59,507 nucleotides of DNA from Nanohaloarchaea archaeon B1-Br10_U2g21. GTDB taxonomy: Archaea > Nanohalarchaeota > Nanosalinia > Nanosalinales > Nanosalinaceae. Shown here piece by piece: positions 1 through 10,020 of the stretch. The translations under genes and the position numbers were made by a program. Location of the stretch: positions 1 through 59,507 of the forward strand of contig LKMP01000005.1 in the NCBI GenBank assembly GCA_001563915.1. The letters run 5' to 3'. The number at the start of each line of letters is the position of its first letter. Position 1 is the first letter of the stretch. Below the pieces are notes generated by a model that saw only the letters and a list, made by a program, of their open reading frames with translations, did no database searches and was not told the origin of the DNA.

Positions 1-1
1 C

Positions 2-196
2 GATGCAGTAATAGTCAGGCAAAGAAAAGAATTTCAGAGGCCTGATGGTGTAAGAGTAGCTTTCGAAGATAACGCAGCCGTTCTGATTGAAGAAGAAACA
101 GGTTTGCCAAAAGGAAACCTTACTAGAGGTCCTATTGCAAAAGAAGTAGTTGAAAGATATGGGCCTATCGGAAATATTGCGTCACAGGTGGTGTAA
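2..196 (+). CDS. rpl14: 50S ribosomal protein L14 (uL14), 3' part; truncated by window start
   Basis: Manual translation DAVIVRQRKEFQRPDGVRVAFEDNAAVLI...GPIAKEVVERY...* matches the archaeal L14 C-terminus; TAA at 194-196; precedes L24. Confidence 0.95.
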   Translation, partial: DAVIVRQRKEFQRPDGVRVAFEDNAAVLIEEETGLPKGNLTRGPIAKEVVERYGPIGNIASQVV

Positions 197-199
197 AAA

Positions 200-922
200 A
201 TGGTGCAGAGAACAGAAAACTGGAGCAGAAACTGGAAGTCAAGCAAAAATCCAACAAAACAGCGAAAATACAGAGATAACGCTCCGCTACATATCAAGGA
301 TAAACTGATTTCCGCAAACCTCAATGACATTTTGAGAGATGAGCTAGGCGTAAGAACACTCAGTATCGTTGTGGGAGATCGAGTTAAAATAATGAGGGGA
401 GATGATAAGGGAACAGAAGGAATTGTTTCCAGGATCAATAGGAAAGAAGAAAAAATCTATATTAACAACGTTGATAGGCAGAGAACCGATGGAACGGTAA
501 GAGAAAAGCCTTTCCAGCCTTCAAATCTACAGCTTCAAGCACTAAACCTTTCAGACCCTGAAAGAATAGCGAAATACGATGTTGATGACCTCGCAGTAAT
601 TGAGGTAGAAGATGAAGAGCTAGATGAGCTTGAAGAAGAGGAAGAGAATGAAATGATGCAGAGAATGCAGGCACAGTCAGATGCAGCGGAAGAGGAAGAT
701 GAAGATGAAGACAATGGAGATGAGGACGAGTCAGATGACGAATCCGAGAAACAACAAGACTCTGAATATGACTACAGCGAAGTCGTTCAAGGAACTATAG
801 ATGAAGTAAAAGAAGCAGTAGAAGACGGAGCAGATCCAGAAAAACTACTGGAAGCGGAAGAGAGTTCCAAAGATAGAAAAACCCTTAAAGAATGGCTTGA
901 AAGCCAGCTAGACGAGGAATAA
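200..922 (+). CDS. rpl24: 50S ribosomal protein L24 (uL24) with long acidic C-terminal extension
   Basis: SKNPTKQRKYRDNAPLH, KOW-like GDRVKIMRGDDKG, PSNL motif; spc operon position. Confidence 0.93.
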   Translation: MVQRTENWSRNWKSSKNPTKQRKYRDNAPLHIKDKLISANLNDILRDELGVRTLSIVVGDRVKIMRGDDKGTEGIVSRINRKEEKIYINNVDRQRTDGTVREKPFQPSNLQLQALNLSDPERIAKYDVDDLAVIEVEDEELDELEEEEENEMMQRMQAQSDAAEEEDEDEDNGDEDESDDESEKQQDSEYDYSEVVQGTIDEVKEAVEDGADPEKLLEAEESSKDRKTLKEWLESQLDEE

Positions 923-928
923 AAAACA

Positions 929-1582
929 ATGGTACATCAAAAAAGACTTTCAGCACCAGACCACTACCCAGTAAGCAGAAAAGGACTTACATATACTACT
1001 ACCACAAAAGGTTCAAGACCTGCAAGCGAAGGAATTCCAGCAGTAGTATTTCTAAGGGAAGTGACAGGATACGCTGAAACCAAAAAAGAAGCAAAAGAAA
1101 TCATTAGAAAAGGACAACTCCGCAGAAACGGAGACAGAATAAAAGACATTAGAGACACAATAGGGTTATTTGACACAGTGGAGCTGTCTGCAACAGAAGA
1201 AGTTTTCCGAGTACTGCCTCAGAAAAAAGGCCTAAACTTCATGGAAACTGGAGATAACAGGCCAGCAGCAAAAATAACAGGGAAGACTCAAGAAAACGAA
1301 TATTTCGTCTACCATCTTCATAACGGCGAAAATTACAAATCTGAAAACGCATACTCTACAGAATCCACTCTAATCTTTGGAGATAGTATTGAAGAAGCAC
1401 AGATGGAAGAAGGAGAAGAAGTAGTAGTGCTTAGTGGACAACACTCAGGTAAAAAAGCAGTAATTAACGAAATCCACGAAAGAGGAATGGCTGAAGACAC
1501 AGCAACAGTAGAAACCGAAGAATCAGAGTTCGAAATCCAGAAAGATAAACTCTTCGTGATAGGGACCATGGAGGTCAAGTAA
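929..1582 (+). CDS. rps4e: 30S ribosomal protein S4e
   Basis: N-terminal HQKRLSAP, S4-like domain, C-terminal KOW (GQHSGK); operon order. Confidence 0.93.
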   Translation: MVHQKRLSAPDHYPVSRKGLTYTTTTKGSRPASEGIPAVVFLREVTGYAETKKEAKEIIRKGQLRRNGDRIKDIRDTIGLFDTVELSATEEVFRVLPQKKGLNFMETGDNRPAAKITGKTQENEYFVYHLHNGENYKSENAYSTESTLIFGDSIEEAQMEEGEEVVVLSGQHSGKKAVINEIHERGMAEDTATVETEESEFEIQKDKLFVIGTMEVK

Positions 1583-1584
1583 AA

Positions 1585-2091
1585 ATGGCAGAAATGAAAA
1601 AGGTACAAATCGGAAAAGTAGTAGTAAACGTGGGAAGTGGGCAAGTAGGACAAGAGGTAGAGAAAGCAGTCCAGCTAGTCGAAAAGCTCACGGGCAGCAA
1701 CGCAGTAAAGACAGAATCCGGAGAAAACGCAAAGACATTCGGTCTTAGATCTGGCTTGAAAATCGGAGCAGCAACAACAATAAGAGGAGAACAGGCAATA
1801 GAGTTCCTAGAAAAAGTAATGCCTGCAGTAGAACAAATAAAGGACTCTCAGTTCGATGGTAACGGAAACTTCTCTTTTGGAATATCCGAATACATCGATG
1901 TACCAGGAATTGACTACGATGCAGATATCGGTATGATGGGTTTCGAAGTAACGGTTACGTTAGAGAGACCGGGTTACAGGCTGAAAAAGAGAGATTACAA
2001 GCCTTCTGAAATAGGAGAAGATCATAGAATAAGTGATGAAGAAGCAATGGACTTCGTCGAAGACCGTTTCGACGTAGAGGTGACGCAATAA
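1585..2091 (+). CDS. rpl5: 50S ribosomal protein L5 (uL5)
   Basis: KVVVNVGSG, FDGNGNFSFGI, IGMMGFEVTVTLERPGYR. Confidence 0.96.
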   Translation: MAEMKKVQIGKVVVNVGSGQVGQEVEKAVQLVEKLTGSNAVKTESGENAKTFGLRSGLKIGAATTIRGEQAIEFLEKVMPAVEQIKDSQFDGNGNFSFGISEYIDVPGIDYDADIGMMGFEVTVTLERPGYRLKKRDYKPSEIGEDHRISDEEAMDFVEDRFDVEVTQ

Positions 2092-2092
2092 C

Positions 2093-2317
2093 ATGAGTTA
2101 TGAAGCAGTACTTGAGCAAATCAAGCACAAAGACGGTAAGAGAAGGAAATTCGAGAAAAATAATGCGCCTAAAGAAAGAGATTTCGGAAAATCAAAGAAA
2201 GAGTGTAGGAGATGCGGCAGAACAGGTAGGGGAGTCATCTCAAAATATGAATTAAATTTCTGTCGTCAATGCTTCCGTGAAATTGCGGAAGATCTCGGAT
2301 TCAAGCAGTTAAAGTAG
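2093..2317 (+). CDS. rps14: 30S ribosomal protein S14 (Zn-binding type)
   Basis: CRRCG...CRQCFRE..LGF. Confidence 0.95.
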   Translation: MSYEAVLEQIKHKDGKRRKFEKNNAPKERDFGKSKKECRRCGRTGRGVISKYELNFCRQCFREIAEDLGFKQLK

Positions 2318-2328
2318 AGGTGTAAAAA

Positions 2329-2715
2329 ATGCAACAAGATACATTAAGCGACGCATTAAGTGCAATAAACAACGCAGCAAGAAACGACAAAGAGCATGCA
2401 GTAATAGCTCCTACAAGCGAGGTTGTTCAGAACGTACTGATAGAACTCCAACAAAAAGGGTATATTGGAGTATTCGAGCTAATTGAAGACGGTAAAGGCG
2501 GCAAATTCAAAGTAGAGGTAAGGAACATTAACAAGTGCCAGCCTGTAAAACCGAACTTCTCTGTCAAAAAAGATGAGTTCGAAGACTGGGCACAAAGATA
2601 TCTCCCGGCAAGAGGATTTGGAGATCTGCTTGTAACAACGTCTCATGGCATCATGACACATGAAAAAGCAAAAGAAGAACAGGTAGGAGGAAAACTCCTG
2701 GGATACGTATACTAG
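2329..2715 (+). CDS. rps8: 30S ribosomal protein S8 (uS8)
   Basis: DTLSDALSAINNA, YLPARGFG, GGKLLGYVY. Confidence 0.96.
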   Translation: MQQDTLSDALSAINNAARNDKEHAVIAPTSEVVQNVLIELQQKGYIGVFELIEDGKGGKFKVEVRNINKCQPVKPNFSVKKDEFEDWAQRYLPARGFGDLLVTTSHGIMTHEKAKEEQVGGKLLGYVY

Positions 2716-2725
2716 AGGGATAGAA

Positions 2726-3259
2726 ATGACAGAACAGAAATTAAAACTGCCTGAAGGTATTGAAGCTGATTATGAAAAAGGAACTCTAAGAGTCAGTGAT
2801 GGATCCCAAGAACTTGAGAAAAAAATGGATCATGCGTTAGTAGATGTAAATGTTGAGGGAGACGAAATAAAGATCTCGACTGATTCAAAGAAAAGAAACG
2901 TTTTGAGCGTGATAGGCACATACAGGAGCCATGCAGATAATATGGTGAAAGGGATTCAGAAAGACTATGTTTACAAGATGAAAGGTGTATACGCACACTT
3001 CCCGATGAATATCAAGAAACAAGGAGATGAAATCCATATTGAAAACTTCATGGGAGAAAGAAATCCTAGAGTAGTAGACATTATCAAAGGTGTTGAAGTG
3101 CAGGTAGATGGAGATGAACTAGAGGTTACAGGTCCGGATAAAGAAAAAGTAAGCCAGACGGCTGCAAGAATTGAACAGGCCTGTAAAAAAGGAAACAGAG
3201 ATCCAAGAACATTCCAAGACGGGATTTACATTACAGAAAAGAATGGAGGTGGCCAGTAA
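2726..3259 (+). CDS. rpl6: 50S ribosomal protein L6 (uL6)
   Basis: YAHFPM, IENFMGE, DPRTFQDGIYI. Confidence 0.96.
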   Translation: MTEQKLKLPEGIEADYEKGTLRVSDGSQELEKKMDHALVDVNVEGDEIKISTDSKKRNVLSVIGTYRSHADNMVKGIQKDYVYKMKGVYAHFPMNIKKQGDEIHIENFMGERNPRVVDIIKGVEVQVDGDELEVTGPDKEKVSQTAARIEQACKKGNRDPRTFQDGIYITEKNGGGQ

Positions 3260-3589
3260 ATGGCTAAAAGACAGAATACTCACAAGAATAAGAGAATAAA
3301 TAAGGCGTGGAGAAAGCCTCGAGGAAAACACAGTAAACAGAGGCGAAAACTGAAAAGCGCACCTCAAATGCCTGAAGCAGGCTTGAGAACAAATAAAGAA
3401 GTCCGAGGAAAACATCCATCAGGATACGAAGATGTGTTAGTACATAGGCCTGAAGATTTAGATGGGCTTAATGTTGAAACAGATGCAGCAAGAATTAGTT
3501 CTAAGGTTGGAGCAAAGAAAAGAGAAATGATAGTTGAAAAAGCTGAAGAACTAGAAATTAAAGTACTGAACTCGGGTGAGCAAGAATGA
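3260..3589 (+). CDS. rpl32e: 50S ribosomal protein L32e
   Basis: WRKPRGKHSKQR, RGKHPSGYEDVLV. Confidence 0.95.
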   Translation: MAKRQNTHKNKRINKAWRKPRGKHSKQRRKLKSAPQMPEAGLRTNKEVRGKHPSGYEDVLVHRPEDLDGLNVETDAARISSKVGAKKREMIVEKAEELEIKVLNSGEQE

Positions 3590-4035
3590 ACTTAAAGAGT
3601 CAGAGAAGAATGGCTGCAGAAGTAATGGATATAGGAGAAAACCGGGTATGGTTTGATCCAGAACATACAGAGAAAGTAGCTGAAGCAATCACAAGACAAG
3701 ACATCAGAAATCTTATAGAAGGAGGAGCAATCAGTAAGAAAAAAGTTAAAGGAACTTCAAAGGCTCGAGCTAAAAGAATAAAGCGGCAAAAACAGAAAGG
3801 CCGGCGTAAAGGACAAGGATCTAGGAAAGGGAGTAAAACAGCTAGGAAGCCATCTAAAGAAAGCTGGATGGAAACAGTAAGAGCTCTTAGAAAAAGACTT
3901 AAGGAAATGAGAGATGAGGAAGAAGTAACAAAAGAAGAATACCGCAAGCTCTATGATATGGCTAAAGGAGGGTTCTTCAGGGACGTAAACCACTTAGAAA
4001 ACTATGTAGACAATAAAATGGAGATGAGAGACTAA
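3586..4035 (+). CDS. rpl19e: 50S ribosomal protein L19e
   Basis: QRRMAAEVM..G.NRVWFDP, GRRKGQGSRKG, YDMAKGGFF. Confidence 0.96.
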   Translation: MNLKSQRRMAAEVMDIGENRVWFDPEHTEKVAEAITRQDIRNLIEGGAISKKKVKGTSKARAKRIKRQKQKGRRKGQGSRKGSKTARKPSKESWMETVRALRKRLKEMRDEEEVTKEEYRKLYDMAKGGFFRDVNHLENYVDNKMEMRD

Positions 4036-4541
4036 TGGCAGAGAACTCAAATTACCAAGTACCTCACAAGAGAAGAAGAAAACAGCAGACTAATTACCAG
4101 AGAAGAAGAAAGCTTTTGAAATCGGACAATCCAAGAGTAGTAGTAAGAACGAGCAATAAGCACACTAAAGCACACTTATCATACTACCAAACTGAGGGAG
4201 ATGAAAACAGATACTTCGTATCAACTGAAGAGCTAGAAAAGTACGGATGGGAACATCACACAGGCAATCTGCCAGCAGCTTACCTTGCAGGCTATCTTCT
4301 AGGAGCGAGAGCAGATGAAGATCGAGCAGTACTAGACATAGGGCTAAGACAAACTAAAAAAGGAGGAAGAATGTTTGCTGCTGTAAAAGGAATGAATGAT
4401 GCAGGATTGGATGTTCCAGTAGGAGAAAAAGCACTTCCGCCTGAAGAAAGAATTCGAGGAGAGCATATCGAAGAAATGAAAGATATTGAACTAGTAGAAA
4501 ACTTTGAAGAAGTAAAAGAAAATATCGAAAAGGAGGCCTAA
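4035..4541 (+). CDS. rpl18: 50S ribosomal protein L18 (uL18)
   Basis: RRRKQQTNYQRR, NLPAAYLAGYLLG, VLDIGL. Confidence 0.95.
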   Translation: MAENSNYQVPHKRRRKQQTNYQRRRKLLKSDNPRVVVRTSNKHTKAHLSYYQTEGDENRYFVSTEELEKYGWEHHTGNLPAAYLAGYLLGARADEDRAVLDIGLRQTKKGGRMFAAVKGMNDAGLDVPVGEKALPPEERIRGEHIEEMKDIELVENFEEVKENIEKEA

Positions 4542-4544
4542 AAG

Positions 4545-5216
4545 ATGGCAGAACAAGAACAAGAACAAGAAATATGGAAGCCGAAGACAAAGCTAGGTAA
4601 ACTAGTGGCAAAAGGCGAAATAAATGATATAGTGGAAGCACTGAAACATGATAGGCCTATAATGGAGCCTGAGATTGTTGATCAACTCGTAGATCTTAAC
4701 GAAGAAGTAATTCTGATAGGAGGAACTCCTGGAAAAGGAGGAGGAATTCGAAGAACTGTCTCAAAGAGAACTGCAAGAATGCACAAGTCTGGAGCTAGAT
4801 ATTCAAGCAACGCAATGTCAGTTCTAGGAGATAGAAACAGAGTAATCGGGTTAGGAACAGGAGTAAGCGAAGACACACGCGCAGCAATTGATGCGGCAAA
4901 CAGAGAAGCTAAACTAAACATGATCCACGTACCTAAAGGTAATGGATCGTGGGAAGACCGTGGAGATGACCGCACATCGATTCCATTCGCTGTTACAGGA
5001 AAGTCTGGCAGTGTTGAAGTCGAGTTAAAACCTGCGCCAAGAGGTACAGGGCTAGCATGCAGTGATGAGGTAAAGAAAGTGCTAGAGCTAGCAGGTATCG
5101 AAAATATCTGGGTCAAAACTCGCGGACAAACACAGACAAGAGAGAATCTTGTGAGAGCAACATTCAATGCATTAAGAAAACTTGAAGAAATGGAACAACC
5201 TGGTGAAGAGCAATGA
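4545..5216 (+). CDS. rps5: 30S ribosomal protein S5 (uS5)
   Basis: WKPKTKLGKLV, GNGSWE, LKPAPRGTGL. Confidence 0.96.
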   Translation: MAEQEQEQEIWKPKTKLGKLVAKGEINDIVEALKHDRPIMEPEIVDQLVDLNEEVILIGGTPGKGGGIRRTVSKRTARMHKSGARYSSNAMSVLGDRNRVIGLGTGVSEDTRAAIDAANREAKLNMIHVPKGNGSWEDRGDDRTSIPFAVTGKSGSVEVELKPAPRGTGLACSDEVKKVLELAGIENIWVKTRGQTQTRENLVRATFNALRKLEEMEQPGEEQ

Positions 5217-5563
5217 TTGCAGCAGTAAAAATAAGAGGAAACGTTGATGTACCACGACCTGTAAAAGACACAATGACAAATCTAGGCCTAGAAAAGAGAA
5301 ACCAGTTAGTCGTTTATGAAGAAAACGATTCAATTCAGGGAATGATGAACAAGGCTAAGGATTACATCACCTATGGAGAGATTTCAGAGGAAATAGTGAA
5401 AGCTCTTGAAGAAAAACATGGTGAAGTAACACATGGTAAAGTTTACAGTCTTTCCCCTCCAAGCAAAGGGTTTAAAGGTACCAAAAGACATGTGAATCAA
5501 GGGGGGAGTCTGGGTAAAAGACAAAAAGAAGAAATGAATAGCCTTGTAAAGAGAATGGTGTAG
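5213..5563 (+). CDS. rpl30: 50S ribosomal protein L30 (uL30), short form
   Basis: IAAVKIRG, KDYITYGE, LSPPSKGFK; located between S5 and L15. Confidence 0.92.
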   Translation: MIAAVKIRGNVDVPRPVKDTMTNLGLEKRNQLVVYEENDSIQGMMNKAKDYITYGEISEEIVKALEEKHGEVTHGKVYSLSPPSKGFKGTKRHVNQGGSLGKRQKEEMNSLVKRMV

Positions 5564-5567
5564 GAAA

Positions 5568-5990
5568 ATGACAAGAAGAAGATCAAAAAAGAACAAGTCA
5601 GGAAGTCACGGCTATGGAAGTAGTAAAAAGAACCGTGGAGCAGGAAACAAAGGAGGCCGAGGAAACGCAGGAACAGGAAAAAAAGCCTCATCTAAAAGAA
5701 TGACAAAAGATGGCGTGGTAAAACTTGGAGAAAGAGGATTCAAATCTCGAAAACCTGATCAAAACGCCATTAACCTAAGAGATATCGATCAAAGACTTGA
5801 CAACTACGTCGAAGAAGGACTAGCTGAAGAAAAAGATGGCAAATACGTCTTAGATATCTCAGACTTAGGCTATGAAAAAGTCTTAGGTCAAGGACAGATT
5901 AACAAAGAAGTCGAAATTACAGCTGAAAACTTTTCCAGTTCTGCCAAATCAAAGATTGAAGAGGCAGGCGGAGAAACAGTAGAGGAATAA
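5568..5990 (+). CDS. rpl15: 50S ribosomal protein L15 (uL15)
   Basis: HGYG..KKNRGAGNKGGRGNAG, KVLGQG, SAKSKIEEAGG. Confidence 0.96.
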   Translation: MTRRRSKKNKSGSHGYGSSKKNRGAGNKGGRGNAGTGKKASSKRMTKDGVVKLGERGFKSRKPDQNAINLRDIDQRLDNYVEEGLAEEKDGKYVLDISDLGYEKVLGQGQINKEVEITAENFSSSAKSKIEEAGGETVEE

Positions 5991-6052
5991 ACAATATGAA
6001 CGATATCTGCGAATTTATTCGCAGAGAAGTGACGAGGTTTTAGATTAAAACA

Positions 6053-7438
6053 ATGAACTGGGTCCAGATTGCACAGTATCTTCCAACGGTAGAGCAACCG
6101 GATAAAGAGCAGACACTCAAACAGATGATGATCTGGACAGGTATTACATTACTACTCTACTTTTTACTTTCTGAAGTACCACTTTATGCAGCTGACGCAC
6201 AACAAGTCGAACAGGCATTAAGCCAGCTTAGAACGTTTGAAACACTTCTAGGTTCTGAAATAGGAACAATAATCACATTAGGAATTGGACCAATTGTTAC
6301 TGCATCTATTGTACTCCAGATGATGGTAGGCTCAGACTTACTCAAATGGGACACTAATACTAGCCAAGGAAAACAAAAGTTTCAGGCAGCTCAGAAACTA
6401 CTTGCATACTCAGTATGTGTGGTGCAAGCTGCAGGGTTCGTGCTTTCCGGAACCTTTGGAGACGTATCAGGAAACATGCAGCTATTCCTAATTCTTACAG
6501 CACAGATTACGGCGGGAGGATGGCTGATAATCATAATGGATGATTTAGTCCAGAAATGGGGATTCGGAAGCGGAGTAGGTCTCTTTATTGCAGGAGGAGT
6601 ATCAAAAGCAATAATAATTGCATTAATATCTCCTCTTACAGAAGGAGGAAGCCCATTCTGGCTAGAAGGAGGAAATCCGGCAGGAGCACTATTTTCATTT
6701 GCAACAACACTAGAAGCCACTGCGTTAATAACAATGGTTTCGACCATTGGAGTATTCGCAGCTGTGGTATACCTACAATCTATGAGAGTAGAAATACCGC
6801 TAACATTTGGAAATGTACGAGGATTTGGTCAGAAATGGCCGCTTAAATTCTTTTATACAAGCGTAATGCCTGTAATATTTGTAGCAGCGCTAATTGCAAA
6901 CATTCAAATTGTGGGAACTGTAGCAGCAGGACAAGATGGATGTAGTGTTCTAGGATGCTTCAGCGAAGGTCAACCTCAATCAGGGCTAGTACTGTTAGTT
7001 AACCCGCCTACAGAATTTATCTCAAGTCTTGTAGCAGGAGGTTTAGGAGCAGTAGGAACAGGACAACTATTCCATGTACTGTTCTATATCACTATTTACA
7101 CTCTTGGAGCAGTAGTATTCTCTATATTCTGGGCGCGTACTACGGGACAAGATTCTTCGTCAGTTGCAGAACAAATACAGCAAACAGGAATGAAAGTACC
7201 AGGATTCAGGAAAGACAAGAGAGTAATCAAAAAAGTGCTTGACAGATATATTCCAGCTTTAACAGTAGTTTCAGGAGCAGCAGTAGGATTTATCGCAGCA
7301 GCAGCAGATCTTATTCAGGCTGCAGGCGGAGGAATGGGAATTCTCCTTACGGTAATGATCATCTATAGAATGTACGAGCAACTAGCTCAGAAACATATGG
7401 AAGAGCTTCACCCAGCACTCAAAGGCATGTTTGAGTAG
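6053..7438 (+). CDS. secY: Preprotein translocase subunit SecY
   Basis: LGIGPIVTASIVLQ, KWGFGSGVGLFIA, PLKFFYTSVMP, PGFR, GGMGILLTV; about 10 TM segments. Confidence 0.97.
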   Translation: MNWVQIAQYLPTVEQPDKEQTLKQMMIWTGITLLLYFLLSEVPLYAADAQQVEQALSQLRTFETLLGSEIGTIITLGIGPIVTASIVLQMMVGSDLLKWDTNTSQGKQKFQAAQKLLAYSVCVVQAAGFVLSGTFGDVSGNMQLFLILTAQITAGGWLIIIMDDLVQKWGFGSGVGLFIAGGVSKAIIIALISPLTEGGSPFWLEGGNPAGALFSFATTLEATALITMVSTIGVFAAVVYLQSMRVEIPLTFGNVRGFGQKWPLKFFYTSVMPVIFVAALIANIQIVGTVAAGQDGCSVLGCFSEGQPQSGLVLLVNPPTEFISSLVAGGLGAVGTGQLFHVLFYITIYTLGAVVFSIFWARTTGQDSSSVAEQIQQTGMKVPGFRKDKRVIKKVLDRYIPALTVVSGAAVGFIAAAADLIQAAGGGMGILLTVMIIYRMYEQLAQKHMEELHPALKGMFE

Positions 7439-7530
7439 ATAGGGCTGAACGAAGATAAAGGTCAAGAATATACAACTCGCAGTATTTCCATTGACAATTG
7501 TTTTTTAGCATTAAAGTATAATATAGAGTT

Positions 7531-8400
7531 ATGATAGAACTAGTTCTTCTCTTGATACTTCTTGCATTAATTTCTACAACACTCTATCTTCAGTTAAATG
7601 AAGAAGAACAAGAAATCGAAGTTGACCCGGAAAAAGTCAGAGGAGCTGTCAGTGAGTCCTGGAGAGATTTAGAGCTAGATAAAGAAATTGGGAGTTTAGA
7701 AAACCAAGTATCAGAAATCAAGCGACTTCATACAGATTTAGAAACAATGATGAAAAACCCTAGAGAGAGAGGAGAATTTGGAGAAGTAAAACTAGAAGCC
7801 TTACTTGAAGATCATCTTCCTAGTTCTATGTACGATATTCAAGGAGACGTAGCGGGTAAAAGGCCTGACGCATATATCAACTCAGCTGACGGAAAAATTT
7901 GCATTGATTCTAAGTTTCCCTTAGATAATTTCAAGAAATTGATAGAAGAAGGAGAAGAAACATATCAAACTAAATTTCGTAAAGATGTGGAGAAACAGCT
8001 CGAAGAAATTTCTAAAAAATATGTAAGACCTGATGAAGGAACGGCAGAATACGCCTTTGAGTTTGTACCATCTGAAAGAGTATATTATTATCTTGTAAAA
8101 GAAGAGTATCAGCTTTTAAACAGATATACGCAGCAAGGAGTTCAGATAGTTTCTCCACTGACACTTGGACATAAACTTGAGATTGTTAAGGGAGATGCAA
8201 GAGCTCGAGAGATGTCGGAAAAAGCAGATGAAGTTCTAGAAAAACTCCATGCCTTGAAGAAGAGCCATGACAACTTTGAAGAGTCCTGGAGCACTCTCCA
8301 GAGACACATCATGAGAGCCCATAACAAAGCAGATGAGGTAGATAATAAGTATAGAGGGCTAAAAAACGAGTTTGATTCTGTTGATCAGTTAGAAGATTGA
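7531..8400 (+). CDS. rmuC: RmuC-family protein (N-terminal membrane anchor, PD-(D/E)XK-like core)
   Basis: RGEFGEVKLE.LL, RPDAYI, IDSKFPL, FVPSE, VSPLTL motifs. Confidence 0.85.
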   Translation: MIELVLLLILLALISTTLYLQLNEEEQEIEVDPEKVRGAVSESWRDLELDKEIGSLENQVSEIKRLHTDLETMMKNPRERGEFGEVKLEALLEDHLPSSMYDIQGDVAGKRPDAYINSADGKICIDSKFPLDNFKKLIEEGEETYQTKFRKDVEKQLEEISKKYVRPDEGTAEYAFEFVPSERVYYYLVKEEYQLLNRYTQQGVQIVSPLTLGHKLEIVKGDARAREMSEKADEVLEKLHALKKSHDNFEESWSTLQRHIMRAHNKADEVDNKYRGLKNEFDSVDQLED

Positions 8401-8512
8401 AGCTATAAAATTGCCTTTTAATCACTTTCAAAAATATGGGCTCTAAAAAAGGTTCAAAATCTATGTATGATATCTGATAGAACTGAATTTAAATCAGTTC
8501 TAATCCAAAGAA

Positions 8513-8725
8513 ATGTTTATGGAGATAACCAAAATCCAGGATGATGGAGAACGTTTCATAATCCATGGAGACCCGCAACTCTATACAGGCCTGAAAAACG
8601 TTTTTGACCAGATGGGTTTAGGTATATCAGTTACCGAATCAGATTCAGGCGTAGCAAATATTCTATACACAGAAAACAACCGTGATATAGTACTTACAGT
8701 ACTCAATGAGAGAACAGAGAAATGA
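8513..8725 (+). CDS. Small hypothetical protein
   Basis: ORF with plausible composition; ATGA overlap with next gene. Confidence 0.55.
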   Translation: MFMEITKIQDDGERFIIHGDPQLYTGLKNVFDQMGLGISVTESDSGVANILYTENNRDIVLTVLNERTEK

Positions 8726-9129
8726 ATGCGGACCTGGAAAAAGGAGATAAAGTATTATTCAACAATAGAAAAACTCCTTTGAACGTTATTGAGGCCTCAG
8801 AAAAAGTAGTAGTACAGGGACCAAAAGGAGGAAAATATGAGATATTCTGCGATAATGATGCACTTTTAGTAGCAAAGCCGGGAAAAAGAGATTACGCATC
8901 TTACTGCAAGGATTTGAGAAAGGTAGGAGAATGGGTCAGAGAAGAAAATGAGTGGAAACACTCAAAGAGCCAAGCCTATATCAAGATTGAGAAAAAGAGT
9001 AATGGATTTTGGACTCTAAAATCAGATAAGTTTGAGGAAGACTTAGACATTCCTATGTATGGATTTACTGCTAAAGAAGCAGCGGTAGAAGAGGTAGAAA
9101 AATGCATCTCAAAAAACCCTGAAGGTTGA
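8722..9129 (+). CDS. Hypothetical protein (haloarchaeal-type)
   Basis: GDKVLFNNRKTPL.V and VQGPKGGKY look like a conserved small beta domain; function not assignable. Confidence 0.65.
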   Translation: MNADLEKGDKVLFNNRKTPLNVIEASEKVVVQGPKGGKYEIFCDNDALLVAKPGKRDYASYCKDLRKVGEWVREENEWKHSKSQAYIKIEKKSNGFWTLKSDKFEEDLDIPMYGFTAKEAAVEEVEKCISKNPEG

Positions 9130-9224
9130 AAAAATTAAGCTGTGCCGGATATTTGGACAGCAAACTGTAGATGGAGAGGCTTAAATGTGTGCTAGGCTAA
9201 TCAAAGATTAGAGAAGTGTTATTA

Positions 9225-9992
9225 ATGAACTTTAATCAAATTACAAAAACGTTTATAGCAATCGCATTCATTGCTATGGTAGCAGGTATTGCTGTAGCAC
9301 AGGATGTTGAGACACAGGAAAATGTTACTGAAAACCTAGATACACAAGTAGAAAATCAGACAGAGCTACCTGAACATGAAGATATCAGGCTCCCAGGGGA
9401 CAGATTTTATGGGATTACACAGGCCTCAGAGAGAATCGAACTAGAGATTTCGAGAGCGCCAGTTATAGGTAGTGAAGATAGAAAAGCCAGAGCTTTGGCT
9501 AATCATGCGGATAGAAGAGTTGCTGAAATAGAAGGTTTAGTAAAAAGGAATGATACTGAAAGAACAGAACAAGCTTTAGACCGATATAGTCAAGGAATTG
9601 AACAAGCGAGTCAGGCAGCTAACTCATCAGGTAATGAAGAAGCATTGCAGAATGTGGATGAATCTGCTGCAAGGCATCAAGAAACTTTGCAAATTGTGAG
9701 CGAACAGCTACCTGAGCAAGCTCAAGAAGGAATTAAGACTGCGATGGAGAACAGCCAAAGAACTAGCCAAGCTCTTGGAGATTCTGAAGGAACAGTTCCA
9801 GATTTATCTGAAGATGTAGAGTCTGAAACTTCTAGAGATGAACAAAATTTGACAGAAGAGGATGTAGCGCAAGGAAAAGCTAATGAATCATATCAAGAAA
9901 ACTATGGAGAAGAACAGTCTGAATACTCCGAAGATATGAATGGGGGACAAAGTAACGAATCTGAATACGCAGGAAATGCAGGAGGACAATAG
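9225..9992 (+). CDS. Secreted alpha-helical acidic protein, DUF5667-like
   Basis: Signal peptide (AIAFIAMVAGIAVAQ), LPGDRFYG...SERI motif, RRVAEI, RHQETL..V...LPEQA; ATG at 9225 preferred over GTG at 9216. Confidence 0.7.
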   Translation: MNFNQITKTFIAIAFIAMVAGIAVAQDVETQENVTENLDTQVENQTELPEHEDIRLPGDRFYGITQASERIELEISRAPVIGSEDRKARALANHADRRVAEIEGLVKRNDTERTEQALDRYSQGIEQASQAANSSGNEEALQNVDESAARHQETLQIVSEQLPEQAQEGIKTAMENSQRTSQALGDSEGTVPDLSEDVESETSRDEQNLTEEDVAQGKANESYQENYGEEQSEYSEDMNGGQSNESEYAGNAGGQ

Positions 9993-10020
9993 AAAGTTTC
10001 TCTATAGGAAAGGCTAGTTC

